64,000 nucleotides of DNA from Desulfatiglandales bacterium (GTDB lineage: Bacteria > Desulfobacterota > DSM-4660 > Desulfatiglandales > Desulfatiglandaceae): contig OY759599.1 of assembly GCA_963662465.1 (NCBI GenBank), forward strand, positions 6,144,001-6,208,000. The letters run 5' to 3'. Both the position numbers and the translations under genes were made by a program. Of this stretch, positions 29,904 through 39,948 are shown in pieces (within the stretch, counting starts at the first letter, position 1; every line of letters starts with the position of its first letter). The notes beneath the pieces were generated by a model. It saw only the letters and a list, made by a program, of their open reading frames with translations, was not told the origin of the DNA and searched no databases.

Positions 29904-30338
29904 ATGGGAAAGAAAAGAGAAGTGGATGATCGATTTAAGAAATTCGGAACCGTGACTTTTACCGCCACCACAAAGGTCAATGACTTTATCACTCATCTGG
30001 AACAGGGAAAAGTCATGGGGACCCGGTGCAAGGAATGCGGCGAGGTTTATTTCCCGCCTCGGTCCGATTGCGCCAAATGCCTCTCCAGCGACATGGAATG
30101 GTTCGAGGTGTCCGGAAAAGGCAAGCTGGTGTCCTACAGCAAACTTGAATACGCGCCCATTGGATTCGGCGATGATCTTCCCTATTCCATTGCGCTGTTG
30201 GATTATGGCGACTACAAGGTTTTCGGCCGCATCGCTTCCGATGTGCCCGAACCGGAAATTCAGGTGGGTATGGAGATGACCACCCGGGCCAATACGCTGC
30301 CAAGCGGTCAGTTGAATTTCGTATTTCAAAAGGCTTAA
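29904..30338 (+). CDS. DUF35 Zn-ribbon/OB-fold protein (thiolase partner)
   Basis: CKECGEVYFPPRSDCAKC, VSGKGKLVSYS; GGAGG RBS before ATG 29904. Confidence 0.9.
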   Translation: MGKKREVDDRFKKFGTVTFTATTKVNDFITHLEQGKVMGTRCKECGEVYFPPRSDCAKCLSSDMEWFEVSGKGKLVSYSKLEYAPIGFGDDLPYSIALLDYGDYKVFGRIASDVPEPEIQVGMEMTTRANTLPSGQLNFVFQKA

Positions 30339-30453
30339 AGCGGCAAGCCGCGGTTTTAAGTTTTAGGTTTTAAGTTTCCTGTCAATGAGTTTCTTGTTTT
30401 TTGTGACGGATTTTCAGGAAATAAGATGCTAACATGCCCGGTTCCCGTTGTAA

Positions 30454-31380
30454 ATGCAGCGGGAATCGGGTACTAAACTGGAGAATGCCTTGGCCGTTTC
30501 CCACTGTGAAAATCCCGAGTGGCTGGAAATTGCCATCGATGCGGCGCCTGAGTTAAATGACCCTTTGAGCGCCTTTTTTTTTGATCTGGGCTGCACGGGC
30601 GTGGTGTGGGAAGATTTCGGCAACCGTACGCTCAAGGCGTATCTGCCCTTAGCGGAAAGCCCGGAGGATATTCAAAACCGGATCTCCATCTATCTGAATG
30701 ACCTGTCCTTGATCCACCCCCACCTTCCCCCACCCGGTTTTACGTTAACAAAAGTGGAAAACCAGGATTGGCAGCGAAACTGGCGGCGGTTTTTTCATCC
30801 GGTCCGCGTCACCCACCGGCTTTTGATCCTCCCGGTTTGGGAGAAGCCGGCGCCTCCCGTGGAAGGTGGGCATGTCATCCGAATCGATCCGGGTCCCGCC
30901 TTTGGAACGGGACAGCATTCCACCACCAAGATGTGCCTTCAAGCCATGGAATCTTTTGCGGTCGATGAATCTCAAAGTCTGCTGGATGTGGGCACGGGCA
31001 GCGGTATTCTGGCTATTTATGGCGCAAAACTGGGGTTCGGGAACATTGAGGCCATCGATATTGATCCCGAGGCGGTTCGCTGGGCCGAGCGGAACATCGG
31101 GTTAAACGGCGCAACCAGCGCCATAACCCTTTCTTCAAAGGGAATTGAAGAAATAGAGGACCGGTTTTCCATGGTTTGCGCAAACCTTATCCTGGGAGAA
31201 CTCCTGCACTTGATGCCCGTTCTTACCAGGCTTATCGAACCCCATGGACGATTGGTGATATCGGGACTTCTGAGAGATCAGGTGGAACGAATTAACGCGC
31301 CCCCTTCCGCGGAACTCCACCCCATGGATATCCTTTATGATGAAGAATGGGCCTGCATGATTTTTGGGAAGAATCCGTGA
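30454..31380 (+). CDS. prmA: ribosomal protein L11 methyltransferase
   Basis: DWQRNWRRFF, IDPGPAFGTGQHSTT, LDVGTGSGILAI. Confidence 0.92.
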   Translation: MQRESGTKLENALAVSHCENPEWLEIAIDAAPELNDPLSAFFFDLGCTGVVWEDFGNRTLKAYLPLAESPEDIQNRISIYLNDLSLIHPHLPPPGFTLTKVENQDWQRNWRRFFHPVRVTHRLLILPVWEKPAPPVEGGHVIRIDPGPAFGTGQHSTTKMCLQAMESFAVDESQSLLDVGTGSGILAIYGAKLGFGNIEAIDIDPEAVRWAERNIGLNGATSAITLSSKGIEEIEDRFSMVCANLILGELLHLMPVLTRLIEPHGRLVISGLLRDQVERINAPPSAELHPMDILYDEEWACMIFGKNP

Positions 31381-32159
31381 ATAACATTCGGCTAAGGCGT
31401 TTTCTGGTTGAAGATCTTACAATTCATGAAGGCGCCTGTATCATTGCGGGGGGAGAAGCAAAACACATTTCAAAAGTCCTTCGAATGGTCCGGGGCGACC
31501 CCCTGATCCTCATGGACGGGAAAGGCGCCTGTTTTCTGGCTGAGATTTCATTTGTTTCGCATAACGAGGTCACAGTCGAAATCAAAAAAACCCTCCCCGC
31601 CGCCCCCCCCTCCCCCATAGACATTACCCTGTGTCAGGCGGTGATCAAATCAGGTCCCATGGATTACCTGATTCAAAAGACCTCCGAACTGGGCGTTAAC
31701 AGGATCTGCCCCTTCATCAGCTCCCGAACGGTGGTTCATTTTCAATCGGACAAACAGCAAAAAAAACTGAAGCGGTGGAAAGAAATCGCTCACAGCGCCG
31801 CAAAACAATGCAACAGGGCCATCCCCGCGAAAATCACACCCACGCAAACCTTTAAAGCGCAGCTTGCCAACCTTGAATCGGAACCGGGGATAAAGGCGAT
31901 TCTGTGGGAGGGAGAAACTGCCAGGGACCTCAAGGCATTGATTCAAAGTCATGAGCCCCGTGCCCAATTCATCGGCATGGTGGGCCCTGAAGGCGGGTTT
32001 TCCCCGGAAGAGATTTTAACCGCTCAAAAGGCCGGTTTTTCCCCCGTTTCCATGGGCGCCAGGATTTTAAGATCCGAAACCGCAGCCGTGACGCTGGTAG
32101 CTGTTGTTCAGTATGAATGGGGGGATTTAAACGCAAACAAAGATTTCGATCCTTTTTGA
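31377..32159 (+). CDS. rsmE: 16S rRNA m3U1498 methyltransferase
   Basis: HISKVLRM, QKTSELGV, AAKQC, VGPEGGFS, RILRSETA; GTG start overlaps the prmA stop. Confidence 0.92.
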   Translation: MNNIRLRRFLVEDLTIHEGACIIAGGEAKHISKVLRMVRGDPLILMDGKGACFLAEISFVSHNEVTVEIKKTLPAAPPSPIDITLCQAVIKSGPMDYLIQKTSELGVNRICPFISSRTVVHFQSDKQQKKLKRWKEIAHSAAKQCNRAIPAKITPTQTFKAQLANLESEPGIKAILWEGETARDLKALIQSHEPRAQFIGMVGPEGGFSPEEILTAQKAGFSPVSMGARILRSETAAVTLVAVVQYEWGDLNANKDFDPF

Positions 32160-32315
32160 TCCGGCAGATGATTTGAGAAACTTCCTTGACCTGTTTCAGC
32201 CCATTCCTTATACTTACCTAAATATACAGACTCGAAAGAGGGAGGGGGGTGAAGATGGCGCTTTTCCGGGTCAAATGAAAAATACAACTATTTTTACAAA
32301 CAGGAGGTTTTTAGG

Positions 32316-32867
32316 ATGAAAAAGAAAATCATGTTCGCACTCGTTTTTATGCTGTTGCTGGGAACGGCAGCCCTGACATTTGCGGGAGACAACCCGCTGC
32401 GGGCCGAAGAAAAAAGGGTGAATGCAAGCTTCGCGGCGTTGATTCCGGCCGATAAGATTATCGGTGTGGACCAATTCTATCAGGTTTATCAGGATGTCAT
32501 GGCAGGCAAGAAAAAGGCCTACCTCATCGACGTGAGAACACATCCTGAGTTTTACGCCTTTCACATCGAGGGAACCGATCATATTCATTCCGGCCACATG
32601 TATACCATTCCGAAAAAGATCACGGATCCCAACGCAGAGATCTATGTGTGGTGCCGCACCTCCGTTCGGGCCAAATATACCGCCGGGTTCCTTTATAAAT
32701 ATGGCTACAAAAATGTCTACCTTGTCGACGGCGGGGTGGTGGCCTGGGCCAAGGCAGGACACCCCTTTGTGAACCAGTTCACGGGGAAATTCACCATCAA
32801 CGAATATCGAAAAATTCCGTCAGATGTTGAAAAATCCTTCCGCGTAAGGGAATTTCATCCCTACTAG
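32316..32867 (+). CDS. exported rhodanese-like sulfurtransferase
   Basis: Signal peptide, LIDVRT..EF..HIEG, active loop CRTSVRA, VDGGVVAW. Confidence 0.85.
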   Translation: MKKKIMFALVFMLLLGTAALTFAGDNPLRAEEKRVNASFAALIPADKIIGVDQFYQVYQDVMAGKKKAYLIDVRTHPEFYAFHIEGTDHIHSGHMYTIPKKITDPNAEIYVWCRTSVRAKYTAGFLYKYGYKNVYLVDGGVVAWAKAGHPFVNQFTGKFTINEYRKIPSDVEKSFRVREFHPY

Positions 32868-32896
32868 CCAAGGTGTTTTATTAACGACTGCAAAAA

Positions 32897-32924
32897 GGGG
32901 GAAAGGGCACGACGTCCCTTCCCC
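32897..32924 (+). terminator. hairpin after the rhodanese gene
   Basis: GGGGGAAAGGG...CCCTTCCCCC followed by a T-rich tract. Confidence 0.5.
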
Positions 32925-32955
32925 CTGGGTCTTTTTTGACGGGGATGGATAGCAA

Positions 32956-33678
32956 ATGAAAATTCTTGACGATCTGACATCGACGCTGCGCTTTGATGCT
33001 TCCGTAAAAGATATCCGTCAGGGGGTATTCCATACGGGCGTTTTGACCCGAAACTGCGGACTGGCCGCAACGCTGCCCCGGGATGCCCTCAGGCAAAAAC
33101 CGCCCATGGTGGCGGAACCGGGTCTGTTATTGAACAAGAGCCCCGAGGATCTGGTCGGGATGGCCTACTCGGAACGGCTGCTGGAAGCGGCCATCGGCAT
33201 GGCCGCCATCAATTCCCTGTTGGAATTTGACGCCGACAACTGTGTGGAGCGTAATGCCGCCGAATTGATTCTTGAAAAAGGCACGGGAAAAAAAATCGCC
33301 ATTGTGGGGCATTTCCCCTTTATCCCCAAAATTCGGAAACGTGCCGATGAACTCTGGGTTATTGAAAAGAACAAGGGAGAGGGGGACCATGACGAGGACG
33401 AGGCCGACGCGCTCATTCCCCGTGCCCATGTGGTGGCCATGACCGGGACGGCGTTGACCAACCATACCATGGATCACCTCCTTGGCCTATGTGACCCCAA
33501 GGCCTATGTGATTCTGCTGGGCGATACGGTTCCCCTGTCCCCGGTTCTCTTTGACTACGGTGTGGATGCCCTGTGCGGCACACAGGTGGTGGATGTTGAG
33601 ATGGCGCTTCGCTGCGTCAGCCAGGGGGCGAATTTCAGGCAGATCCGGGGCACCCGGAAGCTGACCCTGACAAAATAA
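32956..33678 (+). CDS. DUF364 family (putative heavy-metal-chelation, Rossmann-like) protein
   Basis: AIGMAAINS, KIAIVGHFPF, MTGTALTNHT, LFDYGVD. Confidence 0.82.
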   Translation: MKILDDLTSTLRFDASVKDIRQGVFHTGVLTRNCGLAATLPRDALRQKPPMVAEPGLLLNKSPEDLVGMAYSERLLEAAIGMAAINSLLEFDADNCVERNAAELILEKGTGKKIAIVGHFPFIPKIRKRADELWVIEKNKGEGDHDEDEADALIPRAHVVAMTGTALTNHTMDHLLGLCDPKAYVILLGDTVPLSPVLFDYGVDALCGTQVVDVEMALRCVSQGANFRQIRGTRKLTLTK

Positions 33679-33710
33679 AGATCGAGGATACCCCGAGGGG
33701 AGGAAAAACC

Positions 33711-35051
33711 ATGAAATTTGTGGTGATTGGCGGAGATGCGGCAGGCATGAGCGCTGCCAGCCGCGCCAAAAGAAACCAGCCGGAAATGGCAGTAACGGTC
33801 CTGGAACAGACCGAAGATGTTTCTTACAGTGCCTGCGGCATGCCCTACAATATCGCGAACCCGGCTCGGGAAATGGATGACCTGGTGGTCAGAAGCGCCC
33901 CCGTTTTCAGGGAAAAGCAAGGAATTGACCTCAGATGCGGACACCGGGTGGAAACCATTGACACAGCCGCCAAAAGCGTCAGCGGTCGAACCTCACAGGG
34001 AAAGGATTTCCAAATTTCATACGATAAGCTGCTTATCGCCACCGGCGCTTCTCCCATCATGCCCGACTTGCCGGGGTTTGACCTTCCCGGCGTCGTGGGA
34101 CTCAAAAGCCTGGATGACGGCAAGCGAATCAAACAATTCATCGGCGATTGGAACATCGAAAAGGTCGTCATTATCGGTATGGGATACATTGCGCTGGAAA
34201 TGGCTGAAGCCCTTCGCGCCAGGGACATTGACGTCCATATGGTGAAACCCCGGACCGTGTTTCTGCCCAATTTTGACGAGCAACTTGCGGCAATGGTGAG
34301 AGAAGAGGCGGAACGTAACGGGGTCAACCTGCATTTGGGGCACACGGTCAGTGAAATCCAAAAAACCGATGGAAATCTGAAGGTCGTATGTCCGGACCTG
34401 GCCATTGAAGGACAAATGGTGTTGGTCAATATCGGGGTTCGGCCCAACAGCCGAATGGCTGAAATGGCCGGCATTGAATTAGGGGTTTCCAAAGCCATTG
34501 CCGTGGATCGGTCTCTGCTGACATCCAACCGGGACATTTATGCCGCCGGCGACTGTGCCGATGCCTACCATGTGGTCACCGGAAAGAAAACCTGGGTCCC
34601 TCTGGCCTTGTGGGCCAGTCGGGGCGGCTGGGCCGTAGCGGACCATGTTTCGGGCAAGGACGTAAACCTTCAGGGCGTTGCTGGAACAGCGGTCTTCAAG
34701 GTGTTTGACCTCCAGGTGGCCGGCACGGGTTTGAATGTGGCAGAGGCCTTCAAAGCGGGATTTGATCCGGCGGCAGTCACCATCAAAAGCAGTAGCCGGG
34801 CCCATGCCCATCCGGGGTCAAAAACCATTTCCGTGCATATGGTGGGAGACCGAAAATCCGGGCGTTTACTGGGGGTCCAAATGGTCGGGCAAGAGGGGGC
34901 GGCCCATCGGATAAACGCTCCCGCGGTGGCCCTTTCCGCCGGCTTGACCGTTGAAGCATTCAGCCAGTGTGATCTGGCCTATGCACCGCCGTTTAGCCCG
35001 GTATGGGATCCCATGCTGACCGCTGCCAATCAGTTGTTGAAAAAGATGTAA
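33711..35051 (+). CDS. CoA-disulfide reductase / NADH oxidase family flavoprotein
   Basis: GGDAAGMSAA, SYSACGMPY (redox Cys), GMGYIALEMAE, YAAGDC, DLAYAPPFSPVWD. Confidence 0.92.
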   Translation: MKFVVIGGDAAGMSAASRAKRNQPEMAVTVLEQTEDVSYSACGMPYNIANPAREMDDLVVRSAPVFREKQGIDLRCGHRVETIDTAAKSVSGRTSQGKDFQISYDKLLIATGASPIMPDLPGFDLPGVVGLKSLDDGKRIKQFIGDWNIEKVVIIGMGYIALEMAEALRARDIDVHMVKPRTVFLPNFDEQLAAMVREEAERNGVNLHLGHTVSEIQKTDGNLKVVCPDLAIEGQMVLVNIGVRPNSRMAEMAGIELGVSKAIAVDRSLLTSNRDIYAAGDCADAYHVVTGKKTWVPLALWASRGGWAVADHVSGKDVNLQGVAGTAVFKVFDLQVAGTGLNVAEAFKAGFDPAAVTIKSSSRAHAHPGSKTISVHMVGDRKSGRLLGVQMVGQEGAAHRINAPAVALSAGLTVEAFSQCDLAYAPPFSPVWDPMLTAANQLLKKM

Positions 35052-35079
35052 AATGATCTAAAACATAAGGAGAAATTCC

Positions 35080-35418
35080 ATGATTCGCGCAAAACTCTGG
35101 TTTCGATGCGCCGCCATGCATGATCCGGTTACCCCCACCATTTTGAAACCCGCCATCATCAGTTGGGAGGCCAAACAAAGGCAGGTGGATTTGACCATTG
35201 AACGTGCCTTCAATGGCGATGAACTGATCATGCGCATGAAGGGCTGGGTCACGGTAGATGTAAAAAAAGCCATTGCGGCGGTCAAGAAAAGGGGACGACT
35301 CAAAATCCTGGATGACCGCGAACTGGTGGTGGAATTTGAATCGGAAGAAGACTTCAAGGCATTGAACGCTGAACTGGCCGAAACTTTCGGAGACCAGCTA
35401 AACATGGATCGGATATAA
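35080..35418 (+). CDS. hypothetical protein
   Basis: 112-aa ORF with AAGGAG RBS in operon context. Confidence 0.7.
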   Translation: MIRAKLWFRCAAMHDPVTPTILKPAIISWEAKQRQVDLTIERAFNGDELIMRMKGWVTVDVKKAIAAVKKRGRLKILDDRELVVEFESEEDFKALNAELAETFGDQLNMDRI

Positions 35419-35423
35419 CTTCC

Positions 35424-35699
35424 ATGGATTCCGATCCCGTTGAAATACCTGTCGACGGCGTTCTGGACCTTCATGCCTTTGCGCCCAAAGATGCCGGCTC
35501 GGTGGTCGATGAGTATCTGTGGGCGTGCCTGCAAAAAGGGATTCTTGAGGTAAGGATCATTCACGGAAAGGGAAAAGGGGTGCTTCGCCGCACGGTGCAT
35601 GCCCGCCTTATGAAACACCCGGATGTTGTCCGGTATCAACTGGATGACGGCGCCTCGGGGTGGGGCGCCACCCTGGTGCGGCTCAAAAAGGATGCATAG
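35424..35699 (+). CDS. stand-alone Smr/MutS2 domain protein
   Basis: LDLHAF, VRIIHGKGKGVLR, GWGATLVRL. Confidence 0.9.
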   Translation: MDSDPVEIPVDGVLDLHAFAPKDAGSVVDEYLWACLQKGILEVRIIHGKGKGVLRRTVHARLMKHPDVVRYQLDDGASGWGATLVRLKKDA

Positions 35700-36897
35700 G
35701 GCTCTCCCTGAGGGCTTTGAACATGCGGTTTTTGTCCAACGGCCGGACCTCCCGAACAATCCATTCCCGGAATGCGTCTCCCTGGGGGGTGGACTGCTTA
35801 TAGCTCATCAAATCCAATTGAACACCAAGCGCTTCGGAAACCCTGGTTGCCAAAATGGGCCAAATCTCACCGATATCGCCCACTATGGGGAGGCTGCCCG
35901 GGATCCTGGCAAACCCGGACATCTCCATTCGAAAGGGAATGTCCATGGACTTTGTTTTGGGCAGGCCCCGGTCCACGGCCCTGGATACGCTCCCTTCCTT
36001 TCGCTCATGCTGCCATGCCTTTTCCAGGGAGGGGTCCAGATCGATCCGTAAAATCTTCTTTTTCGCTAGGGAATACGTCCGATCCCCTTCCCAGTGGGAC
36101 CAGATCCCATGACCGGTGTAGCGTTCAAAGGGGCCGTCATGGATTTCCTGGCTCAGGGCCACGGCGGATTCAATGATCACGTCAGCGCCAGCCAGAAGAT
36201 CCGCGATCTCGCGGCAGCGTTGGGAAATGGAAATAGAGTCCCCAATTGACAGTCCCACTTCTCCCCCCCCCACCAGTTGGGGGACGGTTACCAGGACCGG
36301 GACTTTTTTTTGCGCCCCCGCGCCGATCATGGTGTAAGGATCCGCCCCGAAGCCCGCCACCTGTTCAAAAGGGAGGCCGTATCGCCGGGCCAGTGCCAGC
36401 ACATCCCGTGCCAGCCGCTCCGTGCGAAGCCCGGTGGGATAGGCCATATTTCCCGCTACCTTGGTAATCACGTCCCCTCTGGTCCCGATCATTCTGCGAT
36501 ACAGATCCATATCAAAGGGGATCTCATGTTCATAGGATATCAACTGATCCAGTGAAGCCAGGCTGACCTCAAGCCGACCATCGACGGGGAGCAGATCCCG
36601 GTCAATCCCCAAGTGTTGGCCATCCACCCGTTTGACCTTTTCCAGTGCCCCTGCCATCTCATGACTGACCACTGCGGAACTGGTGCTCACCCCATCGATG
36701 AGTCCTTTGTGAATCAACTCCGCGATCAGGGTGGTTACCCCCTCATGGATATTGGGACCGCTGCCTACTACCGCAACGATTTTGCCGTTATTTTTTTTAG
36801 TTTTCACCATGATGTCGATGGCCTGGTCTACCCGGCGTCTGGTTTCTTCAGGAAGGCCCTGGTATAAAGCATCGATAGCAGTATGATCAATGGTCAT
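35683..36897 (-). CDS. deoxyhypusine-synthase-like fold hypothetical protein
   Basis: N-terminal VVGSGPNIHEGVTTLIAELIHKGLIDGVSTSSAVVSHE and C-terminal IVGDIGEIWP resemble the DHS-like NAD-binding fold; GAGG RBS. Confidence 0.55.
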   Translation of the reverse strand: MTIDHTAIDALYQGLPEETRRRVDQAIDIMVKTKKNNGKIVAVVGSGPNIHEGVTTLIAELIHKGLIDGVSTSSAVVSHEMAGALEKVKRVDGQHLGIDRDLLPVDGRLEVSLASLDQLISYEHEIPFDMDLYRRMIGTRGDVITKVAGNMAYPTGLRTERLARDVLALARRYGLPFEQVAGFGADPYTMIGAGAQKKVPVLVTVPQLVGGGEVGLSIGDSISISQRCREIADLLAGADVIIESAVALSQEIHDGPFERYTGHGIWSHWEGDRTYSLAKKKILRIDLDPSLEKAWQHERKEGSVSRAVDRGLPKTKSMDIPFRMEMSGFARIPGSLPIVGDIGEIWPILATRVSEALGVQLDLMSYKQSTPQGDAFREWIVREVRPLDKNRMFKALRESPMHPF

Positions 36898-36908
36898 GGA
36901 TAACCTCT

Positions 36909-38201
36909 TTAGCTTTTAAGTTTTTTGATAACCTCGGCATGCTGGTGTGCCGCAGCCCGTGTTTGAAGCACCGCGGCCCTGGCACGTCGGCCCATGGCGC
37001 TTGCTTTTTCCGGATGGGTCAGCAGCCACAAAACTTTTTCCGCCAGGTCTTCGGGGCTCAAAACCGGCAGGCTGCCTCCCGAGGCTTCCAGGATATCTTT
37101 GGCATCCTGGAAATCCTCCATATGGGGTCCATAAAGGACCGGTTTTTCCCATATGGCCGGTTCCAGGGGATTCTGTCCCCCCAGGGGAACCAGGCTTGCG
37201 CCGCAGAATACTAAGGTTGCCACGCTGTAGATATTGAATAGCTCACCAAAGGTATCCATCACCAGGATTTGCGCTGTTCTCAAGGCTTTCCCCCGACCGA
37301 TTTCCGTTCTCAACTGGTATTGAAATCCCCGATCACGGATCAAGGCGCAAATATCGGGGGTCCGGTTGATATGCCGGGGCGCCAGAATCAACAGTACATT
37401 CGGAAATTCCAGGAGAATCTTCCTATAAACATCCAGCAGCATCGCCTCTTCTCCCCCACGGGTGCTGCCAGCAACCATCACCGGTTCAGAGGATTCCAGG
37501 TTCAGTATCCGCCGCATTTTCAGCGCCACGGCAGGGTCCTGAGCAGTGTTCAAATGGTCGTACTTGGCATTTCCATTGACCTGGATTTTTTCCGGCAAGG
37601 CGCCCATGGCATGGATACGGCGGGCGTCTGTTTCGGAGATCATACTGAAGGCATCAAAATTTTTCAGTACCATTTTAAAAAAAGGTTTAAACCGCAAATA
37701 TCCTTTAAGGGATCGCGGGGAAATGCGACCATTGATCAGGACGGTTTTGATGCCCATTTTCCGCGCCGTAAAAATCCAGGCCGGCCATATTTCCGTTTCC
37801 AGAAAAACCATCACATCCGGTCGTACGGCGGATAAGGCCTTGAACACGCAAACCGGCAGGTCCAGGGGTGCATAGACCACCGGGATGTCCTCTTCAAAGG
37901 TCTCAAGGGCAAGATTTCGGCCATGTTCCGTCACCGTCGAAACGAGGACGGCGCAACCGGGCAGTTTCACCCGCAGCGCTTTGATAATGGCCGCGGCGAC
38001 CCGGATTTCCCCCAGGGACGCCCCATGAATCCAGATCCTGGGGCGGCCTGAAAGGGATTCAACGGTTCTTTTCGGTAAAACCCCCAGACGCTCCTGAAAA
38101 TGCTTTTGAAAAAGGTGCGTTATGGAAACGTACAGGTAAACAAACGGAAAAAGGAATAAAACCAGACCTGTGGTCAAGACTCCGTATATGGCGTAAAACA
38201 C
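36909..38201 (-). CDS. waaA: Kdo transferase
   Basis: IWIHGASLGE, ETEIWP, NGRIS, GNAKYD, AGSTR, APRH, GGQNPLEPA. Confidence 0.93.
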   Translation of the reverse strand: MFYAIYGVLTTGLVLFLFPFVYLYVSITHLFQKHFQERLGVLPKRTVESLSGRPRIWIHGASLGEIRVAAAIIKALRVKLPGCAVLVSTVTEHGRNLALETFEEDIPVVYAPLDLPVCVFKALSAVRPDVMVFLETEIWPAWIFTARKMGIKTVLINGRISPRSLKGYLRFKPFFKMVLKNFDAFSMISETDARRIHAMGALPEKIQVNGNAKYDHLNTAQDPAVALKMRRILNLESSEPVMVAGSTRGGEEAMLLDVYRKILLEFPNVLLILAPRHINRTPDICALIRDRGFQYQLRTEIGRGKALRTAQILVMDTFGELFNIYSVATLVFCGASLVPLGGQNPLEPAIWEKPVLYGPHMEDFQDAKDILEASGGSLPVLSPEDLAEKVLWLLTHPEKASAMGRRARAAVLQTRAAAHQHAEVIKKLKS

Positions 38202-38222
38202 GTTTGGACTCCTTATGAGAAT

Positions 38223-39734
38223 CTACTCCACCCAATGAAATGTTCGCTCGACGGCTCTTTTCCAGTTCCTGTAGCCGGCTTCTCTCTCCTTTTCGGGGAG
38301 GGTCGGCTGCCAGGAACGATCTTCAGACCAGTTTTGCCCCAACTCTTCCCGGCTGGACCAGAAGCCCACTGCCAGTCCGGCAGCGTAGGCGGCGCCCAGT
38401 GCCGTGGTTTCACTGACCCGGGGCCGAATCACGGGAACATTAAGGATGTCTGACTGGATCTGCATCAATAAGTTGTTTGCCACCATGCCCCCATCCACCT
38501 TGAGGCTGGGCAGCGGGTGACCGGCATCCTTTTTCATGGCGTCCACAATATCCCGGGTTTGATAGGCGCAGGCTTCCAGTACGGCCCGCGCCATGTGCCC
38601 CTTGTGGATATATCGGGTCAACCCCACCATAACCCCACGGGCATCGTCCCGCCAGTAAGGGGCGAACAGGCCGGAAAAGGCGGGGACAATAAACATGCCG
38701 CCATTGTCCTCGACGGTGCCGGCCAGGGCTTCGATGTCAGGGGCCGTTTTGATCAAACCAAGGTTGTCTCGAAACCATTGCACCAGGGCCCCGGCCATTG
38801 CGATGGATCCCTCAAGGGCGTAGATCGGTTCATGGCCGCTCATCTGGTATGCCACCGTGGTGATGAGGCCATGCTTTGACGGAACGGGTTCCGAACCGGT
38901 GTTGAGCAACAGAAAACAACCGGTGCCATAGGTGTTCTTGGCGTCCCCTTTTTCGAAACAGGCTTGACCCACCAGGGCCGCCTGCTGATCCCCCAGTGCC
39001 CCGCAAACGGGCGCCTCGGCGCCCAAAGGACCATCATGGGCCGTGAGTCCCCAGAAGTTTTCGTCGGAGGATGGAACGATTTCGGGCAGCATTTGTCGGG
39101 GGATGTCGAGGACTTCCAGAATGTGGTTGTCCCAGGATAGGGTCTTGAGGTCCATGAGCAGGGTTCGGCCGGCATTGGTGACATCGGTTACGTGTGTCCC
39201 CCTGCCGGGTCCTCCGGTAAGCCACCAGATAAGCCAGGTTTCTATGGTGCCGAAGATGGCATCCCCATTCAAAGCAGCCTTTTTCGCTTCCGGAACATGA
39301 TCCAGTATCCATTTAATCTTGGGGCCGGAAAAATAGGCGGCAACGGGAAGTCCCGTCGTTTTCCGGAACCGATCCTGACCGCCGTCTTTAATGAGCGTCC
39401 GGCAGATGCCGTCCGTACGGGTACACTGCCAGACGATGGCGTTGCCGTAGGGTTTTCCCGTGTGTCGGTTCCAGACCACTGTGGTTTCCCGCTGATTGGT
39501 GATGCCGATGGCGGCGAGATCCCGACCTTTCAACCCGGCTTTGGCGAGAGCGCCCCTGATCACCTTCCGGGTATTATTCCAGATTTCCAGAGGGTCGTGT
39601 TCCACCCAGCCGGGTTGAGGAAATAGCTGTTGGTGTTCTTTTTGATCCAATGCCGCTACGCGTCCCCCATGGTCAAAAACAATAAACCGGGTGCTGGTGG
39701 TTCCCTGATCCAACGCGCCTATGAATTTGCCCAT
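38223..39734 (-). CDS. glpK: glycerol kinase
   Basis: [44 protein letters not shown]. Confidence 0.96.
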   Translation of the reverse strand: MGKFIGALDQGTTSTRFIVFDHGGRVAALDQKEHQQLFPQPGWVEHDPLEIWNNTRKVIRGALAKAGLKGRDLAAIGITNQRETTVVWNRHTGKPYGNAIVWQCTRTDGICRTLIKDGGQDRFRKTTGLPVAAYFSGPKIKWILDHVPEAKKAALNGDAIFGTIETWLIWWLTGGPGRGTHVTDVTNAGRTLLMDLKTLSWDNHILEVLDIPRQMLPEIVPSSDENFWGLTAHDGPLGAEAPVCGALGDQQAALVGQACFEKGDAKNTYGTGCFLLLNTGSEPVPSKHGLITTVAYQMSGHEPIYALEGSIAMAGALVQWFRDNLGLIKTAPDIEALAGTVEDNGGMFIVPAFSGLFAPYWRDDARGVMVGLTRYIHKGHMARAVLEACAYQTRDIVDAMKKDAGHPLPSLKVDGGMVANNLLMQIQSDILNVPVIRPRVSETTALGAAYAAGLAVGFWSSREELGQNWSEDRSWQPTLPEKEREAGYRNWKRAVERTFHWVE

Positions 39735-39948
39735 CGCTCAAACTCCGTCATTTGTAACTGTTTGAATGACGCCATCACTACCACGAACCGTTAAAAACAT
39801 CCAGGATCATCTCCCAATTTCAGATTGCAAAGCATCTGATCTTCATGGCAAAAAATGGTATTTTTTTAATGACTCCCATACATTGATATGATACCTTTCG
39901 TTCAAAATTTAATATCGCGGCTTGCCGCCAAGGGAGATGGAATCGGAA

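Noticed and set aside
30353..30380. Heptamer run GTTTTAA/GTTTTAG as a mobile-element end or CRISPR-like repeat
   Set aside because: Only three to four short units with no spacers, partner inverted repeat or target duplication.
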